Shown here piece by piece: positions 55,158 to 64,000 of a stretch of 64,000 nucleotides of DNA. A program made the position numbers and the translations under genes. Source of the stretch: Octopus vulgaris (Eukaryota); assembly GCA_951406725.2 (NCBI GenBank), contig OX597834.1, positions 8,184,001 to 8,248,000 of the forward strand, written 5' to 3'. The number at the start of each line of letters is the position of its first letter. Position 1 is the first letter of the stretch. A model generated the notes under the pieces. The model was not told the origin of the DNA. It saw only the letters and a program-made list of their open reading frames with translations, and ran no database searches.

Positions 55158-55528
55158 ATTAATGCATTCGAGCTTTGGTGTTGGAGAATACTCTTACGGA
55201 CTCCATGGACAGCGAGGCTCACCAATGGAGAAGTTCTTAAGCAGATCAGGCCGAAACTGTCGCTAGAAGCTAGGATCACAAAGAATAGATTGGCATATTT
55301 CGGTCATATTATGCGGAGAAAATCCCTGGAGAAGGACATCATGCTTGGAATGGTCAGTGGCAAGAGAGGAAGAGGCCGACCAAGAACCCGCTGGCTTGAC
55401 ACCATCAAGAGTGATACTGGAATGGACATAGCCAATCTGAAAGAAGCGGCCCAGGATAGAACTGACTGGAGGACACTGATCCAACGAGTAACCGAGCGTC
55501 GACTTCGACTGAGCGGGTAGATTGATAG
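55158..55528 (+). mobile_element. 5'-truncated RTE (BovB-like) LINE, same family as 47.1 kb
   Basis: INAFELWCWRILLRTPWTAR..LAYFGHIMRRKSLEKDIMLG..RLRLSG-stop; TSD atatatcctt. Confidence 0.93.
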
Positions 55529-58444
55529 ATATATCCTTTACGTATTATATCGAATGTGTACATGGAAATCTAGAGACATCATTTTACCTTTCAGTCAAAT
55601 GTCATTCAACATTCTCTGATATTTTAAAAATAAATTTCTGTAAATATTTGCTGTGTAATATTCGTTGACACAGAAAGGCTTTATATTCATTTTTTAAAGT
55701 TCCAGTTATTTTCCCCTTCAGTAAGTTTCCCTGTTTACGCATCGTAAGCAAGGACCGTTTCCTGGTGTCCGAAAGGCTGACTGACACTGCTGGCTGGAAG
55801 GATGTTGTGATAAGTGTCAAAATCGCATTAATATCCGCTCCAGTGCTGATTGATGGGTTTCCTTATTTCGGAATTTTAGTTGTCGTTTATTGTATTTCAT
55901 GTCAGTTTTATCTGGACGTTTTTACCTCACAACCTTGTCATATTTCTTGACTCATTGAGCATCGTATTTTTTGTAATTCTTACATACAAATGTGTGTGCT
56001 CGTGAGCGTTAGCGCATACGTGGGTGTACCTGTTCGTATGCATGTGCGCGCGTGAGCTTGTATGTGTGTGTATACACATATTTATATTTATAATTATCTA
56101 TCTATATATATATAGTGTAATGCAGGCATGCATGCATGCATCCAATTATCCATCAATCCATCTATACATCCATCAATAAATACATACACTCGAGATTTGG
56201 CTGAAAGGGAACCGTCGTGTAAAACAAAATATTTACTAACAATTAAGTTAAATACGCACCATTATTTGGTTCCCCATTATTCAAACACCTTTCTAAACGG
56301 TTATTTCTCCAATTTTGTAAAGTGCTTTGGCACCAAAAATATCACTGAATATATGCATTGCACCAACTGTTTAGCGTTGCGAAAGCCCTACTGCATTGCT
56401 GGATATAGGACAGCATATCATTACGTGCAATAACAAACTACATCAATGTGCATCTGTCGGACTCCGACATACAAGTGATTGTAATAAATCCTCTCTTTTC
56501 AAATTATGGTGGAAAGGGAGCGGTGTTGTCGTAAGATACTTCATGGACTATGCATATTATATCCTCAGGTGCCCATATCTGTCAAGTTTGACACTAGGCT
56601 AATGCTGGGGCCAAGCTGGTTTTATCTAAACTAAAATGAGCAAAATTAATTTTCACTTGATTGGGAACTTAGTATTTTTTCAACGCTTCAACGATTTCCT
56701 TAATTCACTGCGAGCATCGCAAATTGAGTAAGAAATGATATTGATGAGATCATGTTCCTGAGAATTTCAATCCTAATAGTCAGATCTTTTTTTAAATTGC
56801 TAATAGGCCACAGTTTTTAATTTGTTATATATGTATCTATATGTGTGTGTATACAGACATACATAATATATACATGTTAAAACACACACACATATATATT
56901 TATGCACACACATATATACATGTACGTACACACATGCATATGTGTGCGTGTGCTCGTGTCTATTTGTACATAAATAAATTTGTGCCTATGAATGACATAT
57001 TGTGGCCTTGATGCGGGATTTCCAGGGTTTATGAAATATGGAATCAACACTCAGCTACTAATGTTTCCTGGCCGACACTGCCACGGAGTAGTAACACCTG
57101 TCAGGGTCGTAGCTATGATTTAATTAGTATACTATCGTTTGCCTAGCTACATAATAGAAACTAGTTCTGGTGGAAAAAAAACTTCCATGTGGAGAAAGGA
57201 AACTGGACTATCGTTTTGTAAAACACAGAGAGCAAAAAGAGGCAAGTAAGACATCTCGATGACCCATTGTGACCTTAGGGATCTCCGGTTGTTTTGACCT
57301 GGTCACTCCCCCGTATAAAAACAAATGTCAAATGTTAAGAGAGTAACGTTGACGCTGCACCACCCACATCATTTGTCATCATTAAGAATGATCTAACACA
57401 CAAAGACACAAGCACTCAGATACACACAGACACAGACAAAAAGACACACACACGCACATAGACGAAGAAGCATTGTTAGTATGATGTTCAGTGTTAGATG
57501 GATTAACTAGTCTCAAATCCAAACATATTCCAAAAGGAGGATGATATTCTATTAGAAGTAATACCTTACACAGTCTGTGTGTAGGCAATTTTAGCCAGGA
57601 AAATCGCTGTACTGTCACTCCCAGATTTTTGGACAGAAATAAATATCAGACCAAACTTGTTGCTTCATGACGCCATATGAAATGTTACTGAGAAATTTCG
57701 ATACCGACATATTTGTGCGGTGTTCACGGGTAGATTAACAAAATGTGAACAGAAAATTATTTATGCAAGTGCCGTATGATCTTCCAAAATTATATAAAAT
57801 GTTATAACAGACAAAGAAATGGGTGTTTAGTCTAAGATAATGAAGCAAAAGCAGAATGCGAAACTATGTAAGACACGAAAAAGGAAAGTGAAAAATAGGC
57901 GTAGATATGGACAGTCACTGCAATGTCAGGGACGTGGTTCGGCGTAATGTGTTAAAACCTTGTACTTGGCATAGTAACAGGAAGGTAGAGGTAAAAAGTT
58001 TAAGATAATCAAAAGTAAAGAACGAAAGACTTATATTTAGTAAAACATCAGCTACTATTAGGAAATAACTTATAAGACAGTATGTGTGGACGTATGTATG
58101 TTATGTAGGTTTATATGCGTGTTTGCACGTTTATGCATATTTGTACGGATCTGTGTGTGTGTGTGTGTATATATATATATACACGCACAGAAAATCACAC
58201 ACACACACACACGTATATATTAACACATATATATATGTAAATGAGTGTATGCATATCAATATATATATATACGCATATTATATATGTATGTGTAAATATG
58301 TATATATGTGCGTGTGTGTATGCGTATGTTTGTGCTTTTTGTGCGTATATATATATATATATAACAAATATACATTAATGGGTAAACATACATATATACC
58401 TATATATAGATGTACATAACATACATTCGTCCACACACACAGTG

Positions 58445-58481
<37 letters not shown>

Positions 58482-58952
58482 ATATATACTCCATATATAT
58501 CTACATACATACATACATACATACGTACATAGATATGCACGTACCTACAAATGTATGTATATGTATGGTTCTGCATATTTGAACGCTACAAATTTTCACC
58601 GATGCCTCTGGCAAATGTAGAAATCATTAGAGCCAGCATCTCTCTCATTGCAATAATTTTCGCCATCGTCGCTTCTACACCCTACCATCCTCCGTCCCCA
58701 TCCTCTTCATCACCGTCACCCTCACCATCGTCATCGTCACATCACCATCATCACGCTCAGCATCATTGTTTTAATCTCAATCTCCTTTATTAACATCAAT
58801 TAATCATATTATACTTTCATTCTTCATGAACAAATTTAATTATCCATTTATTATATTTTCACATTATTTTGCTTCGTTTTGTACAACGCTTGATTGTGTA
58901 CGTATGTGTGAGTATCCTATCAAAAGTCTATTCGCATGCGAGGGTGTCTGTG

Positions 58953-59004
<52 letters not shown>

Positions 59005-59438
59005 AAACATATATATGTATATATGCGTGTATGATTTGTGTACGCATATACATATCTCTCCACACATATTCTTACATGTATATATACATATATAAGTATA
59101 AACGTACACGTGTGTACATATATATGTGAGTGTGTGTATACTGTATATATATACATATTTATACATACATGTAATTATATTTTATATATATATATATATA
59201 TGTACGCATGAATATACATATATATATATGTATATATATATACATATATCTGCGTATATGTACGGATATATATGCCTATATATATGTATATATATGATCA
59301 CACACAAACACACGCAAACACACAAACACACATATATATATACAATATATATTTATATATGCATATATGTATAACATATGTGTATTACATATAAACATAT
59401 ATATATATACAAAAATATATATATATAAATATATATAT

Positions 59439-59519
<81 letters not shown>

Positions 59520-60103
59520 CTTATATATATGTAAATACGTATATATATATATATATATTTATTTATTTATTTATACACATTTCCTTGCCTATATGTGTGA
59601 GTGTGTGTGTTTTTTTTTTTGCGTGTTTAATAGCAAGATGGTGAATGAACGTGTGTGTGCGTCATATTGTAGCCTCCCCTGTGTGTTGGCTAAAATTCTG
59701 TAAAAAACTTTATTGTAATTTAATGAAAGATATTTTAACGAAGTATCTTTTTATCTCTTTTTTGACTTCGTTTCCAACAGTCCCGTAGTGTATTCGATTC
59801 ATGTTTCGCCTTTCTTGTGTATTTATTCCGTGGAAGAAATCATTTAATATGTTGGCAAATACACAATTATTTTATTTTATATCATAGTATTGGGCAGTGG
59901 ATATTTATTTATTCTGTGAATTTCGTTTTTATTCATGTGGGCGGCACTGACAGTTCTTGCGTTGCTACAGTTCTTTATTGCTGTCAGTTTCGAGTGCTGA
60001 CGTTGACTGCTTCCTGATGGAGGATGGTGATGATAAGGCTGATGATAATTATGACGATGAACAATGATCACGATGATAATGGTAGATGTATTCTTGGTGA
60101 TTT

Positions 60104-60435
60104 GGTTGTTGCTGTTGCTGTTGAGCGTAGCGGTCTTCGTCCAGTGGGAGAAGTCCGAACCGTGGTCCTTTGCTATTCGTAGGACCCGCAGAAGAGAAAG
60201 CAGGTCAACCCCCGACACCGAGACGGATGCGTAGGAATTCGGGGAAAAGAAATAGGAAGAACGAGTGAGAGAAAGTTGGAGCGAAAGAGTACAACAGTGG
60301 TCGCCACCACCCCCTGCCGTGGAGCTTTATGTGTTTTCGCTCAATAAACACACACAACGCCCGATCTGGGAATCGAAACCGCGATTCTCCGACCGCGAGT
60401 CCGCTGCCCTAACCATTGGCCCATTGCGCCTCCAC
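60104..60435 (-). mobile_element. SINE family D variant with an alternative 3' module and CAA/CAG tail
   Basis: head and core align to family D up to cttcc, then unrelated sequence. Confidence 0.85.
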
Positions 60436-60952
60436 TGCAGTTGCAGTTGATTATAATGATGTGATGATGATGTCGACGACGACAATGGTAATGGTAATAG
60501 TGATGACTATGATGATAGTGATGACGAAAATTAAAATGATAATGATGATGACGACGGCGATGACGATGATTATGAATATGTGATCATTAGCGATCAAAAC
60601 GCTGAACAAAATCTGTTATCATGAATAATGGTTGACATTTAAATCGCCGAAGACATCTCGCAGCGTCTGATTTCCTATGTTGTATCGTTTCGCCTATGAG
60701 CAGCTTCTCTGGAGCTGATGTGTAATCAAAGTTTTTCCCAATTCTGATGAAATTATAGTTTCAGGCAGTCTACAAACAGGACAACATTAAACAAATTTCT
60801 CTATTATTATATTATATATGAACGATTTTAGAAATCGTATTGAAGGAGTTTTTGATAGATTTGTAGCATAGCCGCTTCGTGGCTTATTCTGGTATATTTA
60901 GTAAATTCAATGAGAACATACAGACTGGCTTGTGTCTTCATATATATATATA

Positions 60953-61112
60953 TGGAATGGCTGTGTGGTAAGTAGCTTGCTAACCAGCCACATGGTTCCG
61001 GGTTCAGTCCTACTCCGTGGCATCTTGGACAAGTGTCTTCTGCTATAGCCTCGGGCCGACCAATGCCTTGTGAGTGGATTTGGTAGACGGAAACTGAAAG
61101 AAGCCTGTCGTA

Positions 61113-61199
<87 letters not shown>

Positions 61200-61401
61200 T
61201 TGTGTGTCTGTGTTTGTCCCCCTAGCATTGCTTGACAACCGATGCTGGAGTGTTTACGTCCCCGTCACTTAGCGGTTCGGCAAAAATGACCAATAGAATA
61301 AGTACTGGGCTTACAAAGAATAAGTCACGTGGTCGATTTGCTCGACTAAAAGCGGTGCTCCAGTATGGCCGCAGTCAAATGACTGAAACAAGTAAAAGAG
61401 T
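60953..61401 (+). mobile_element. SINE family A
   Basis: full-length copy with expanded internal (TA)n. Confidence 0.92.
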
Positions 61402-61422
61402 ATATATATATATATATATATA

Positions 61423-61885
61423 TATAAGATTCGTTTTCGTAATAAGATAAAAAATCAAGGCTGTATAGATATTAGAGCCTTTATAGATAGAAGGTCTTAC
61501 AGCTGTTTCTAGGATATTTATTAATAATATTCCTTCATCGGAGACGGTGTTAGAGGAAAGTTAAATCATAGTTTAGATGTGAAATTAACTATTAGTTAAC
61601 TTTCTTCTCACACCGTCTCCAATGAAGGGATATTATTAATAAATATCCTAGAAACAGTTGTAAGATCTTCTATCTATAAATGCTCTAATATCTATACAGC
61701 CTTGATTTTTTTTTTATTTTATTACGCAAAAATACTCTTATATACACGCTAACATAGAACCAACTTTAAATCCTTCATTCGCAATATTACCGAATCTGGA
61801 AGTTAAATATGGTCTGTCTATAGCACTTATGGAGAATTACCTGACACCTTTGGGTCTCAATGACAAAATTATCTCTTATAATCCA
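61423..61885. mobile_element. Penelope-like foldback element, family P8
   Basis: ~140-bp inverted arms 61423-61564 / 61596-61744 with a ~30-nt spacer; the plus copy runs on to (TA)n at ~61885. Confidence 0.85.
61494..61545 (-). ncRNA. type-I hammerhead with CCGAUGA core
   Basis: GTCT-CCGATGA-aggaatatt..aaatatcct-a-GAAA-CAGCT-GTA-AGAC; palindromic stem III ACAGCTGT; sister copy at 61615-61666 on +. Confidence 0.75.
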
Positions 61886-61905
61886 TATATATATATATAT
61901 ATATA

Positions 61906-62005
<100 letters not shown>

Positions 62006-62760
62006 CATATATATATATATAAAAATATATATACTTATGGTATATTCTGTTAAGAACGTAGCAGACTAGAGTATAAGATTCGTCCACATTCAGATTTTGC
62101 GTTTGGACATATGTCGTGTGTGAATATGTAATTGAAAAATTTGGAGGCAACAAGAAGTGGTACAGTTGGATAATTATTTTTTAAACACTACATATATATA
62201 TATATATATATGTGCGTGTGTGTACGAGCGTGTGCGTGTGTGTGCGTGTTTACATATATATATATAGCTTGTCTTTGAAATATATAATTATGTTACGATC
62301 TGCTAATATGTAACATTTAGTGCACCAGTGTTCATTTAGAATATTTTATTTGCATTTCCATAATTGAATGAAAAAAAAACTGTTACGATTATATTTCAGA
62401 ATGCATTTTCGTTGCTTTGATTATTACATCATATAATGTACTTGATTGTGAGTAAGTGTTAATGCGTATAATCTATTCGTTGTTGTAATGAATGATAATA
62501 CACTCCATAGATGTTAATATATAATGTTAAATGCAGGCTATCTCCTTGATACACCTTCAGGAATGCGTAGCATATTTTTGTTAGCTTTGCCCATGTTATG
62601 TCGGGTATTGCATGGTGCGTGTTATTGTTCAGTTACACGCTCTCCAAAAGTATCTACGCTTTCTAGAACTTCTCCTTTGCACGTGACGTCTAGGCCGCTG
62701 ATCTTTTGGAAATATAAACGTAATTTTTGATTGAAATTCTACAATGTGAAATAATAAATA

Positions 62761-62945
62761 TAGTTAAGTTAATGTTTTTGGCTCAAAAAGCAAAAAGCAT
62801 GGCCATGTAGGGGGGCATTGAGTTATGTACTGGGAGGGTGTTCATGCAAAGAGTTCAGGCCATTTCTGGTCAAGAGAGACTTTGAACCGAGCGGTCGTCG
62901 GCATCTTCACTATCTCGTCCGGCAGCTTATTCCACGGATCCGCAA
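62761..62945 (-). mobile_element. CR1-type LINE 3' end
   Basis: ADPWNKLPDEIVKMPTTARFKVSLDQKWPELFA-stop, short UTR, (TAACT)n tail. Confidence 0.82.
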
Positions 62946-63135
62946 ATATGTTAGATAATACAGCTATGATTTAAAGGGCAGGAAGCTGAAACTCGTACGA
63001 CTACGATCCTCAACCACCAGGGATGAGCTGATACCTAAAAATAACAAATTGAATAAAAATGGTATTTTTGTTTCTGTAAACTTAAAAGAAATACTAAAAT
63101 TATTGCTATACTTGCATTGAACAGTTCTATTATGT

Positions 63136-63519
63136 GGAGGCGCAATGGGCCAGTGTTTAGGGCAGCGGACTCGCGGTCATAGGATCGCGGTTTCGATTGC
63201 CAGACCGGGCGTTGTGAGTGTTTATTGAACGAAAACACCTAAAGCTCCACGAGGCTCATGCAGGGGATGGTGGTGATTCCTGCTGTACTTTTTCACCACA
63301 ACTTTCTCTCACTCTTACTTCCTGTTTCTGTTGTACCTGTATTTCAAGGGGCCGGCCTTGTCACTCTCTTTGTCACGCTGAATATCCCCGAGAACTACAT
63401 TAAGGATACACGTGTCTGTGGAGTGTTCAGCCACTTACATGTTAATTCCACGAGCAAGCTGTTCTGTTGATTCGGATCAACCGGAACCCTCGTCGTCGTA
63501 ACCGACGGAGTGATTCCAC
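63136..63519 (+). mobile_element. SINE family D, full length
   Basis: homology; TSD tctattatgt. Confidence 0.92.
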
Positions 63520-64000
63520 TCTATTATGTAGAATAGAAGGACGGTGAAAACAAGATTTCGATATAATATTTGACACAGTACTTCAACACATATAAAGAAT
63601 CATAAATAAAATAGAAGCATATGATGATAAACATTTGCTTTTCTCACATTATGGTTTTCAGCCTGGGGCCCTTTTTTTAGCTCTTTGTGTTCATTTATAT
63701 TTCAGTGAAAATTAACAAAGAGCATGGCGATATAGATTTGTTCTGCGGCAGTTGATACAAATACCGCAATAGACAATATATAAACAAAACTAGAATGAAC
63801 AATAATAACTTTAACCATTCCGAACCATTCTAAAAATAATAAAAATCAAATTTTTATTGAAATAATTGAAAATAGAACGAATATTTCATGCAAATATGCG
63901 TGTGCGTTCGCATGTTTGTATGGAGGTACGTGGCTTAGTACGGAGAACGTTCGGAGTATTAAGTCCATAAAGTGGATCATACAAGATTATGAGATTGTTG

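Noticed and set aside
57000-57330. GC-richer stretch reminiscent of an RTE 5' UTR on minus
   Set aside because: No adjacent ORF relic and no second copy in the window to support it.

Overview
AT-rich, microsatellite-dense eukaryotic DNA. The SINE repertoire and (TA)n/(ATT)n/(ATCT)n load suggest an Octopus genome (inference from recalled families, not a search). There is no intact long CDS: nearly all ORFs in the track are microsatellite or repeat artefacts. The window holds four tRNA-headed SINE families, decayed Tc1/mariner elements and MITEs, a Merlin-like MITE, a non-autonomous Helitron, and RTE/CR1-type LINE 3' ends. A candidate core promoter plus first coding exon lies on the minus strand at about 36.4-35.2 kb. 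The most striking signal is a set of about 9 sequence-distinct short elements, mostly embedded in (TA)n tracts, that carry minimal type-I hammerhead ribozyme folds like those of Penelope-like element pseudo-LTRs. Several have non-canonical cores or greatly extended stem II. They repeatedly form head-to-head inverted pairs with both 3' ends pointing outwards. All calls come from reading the sequence by eye; coordinates of decayed repeats are approximate.
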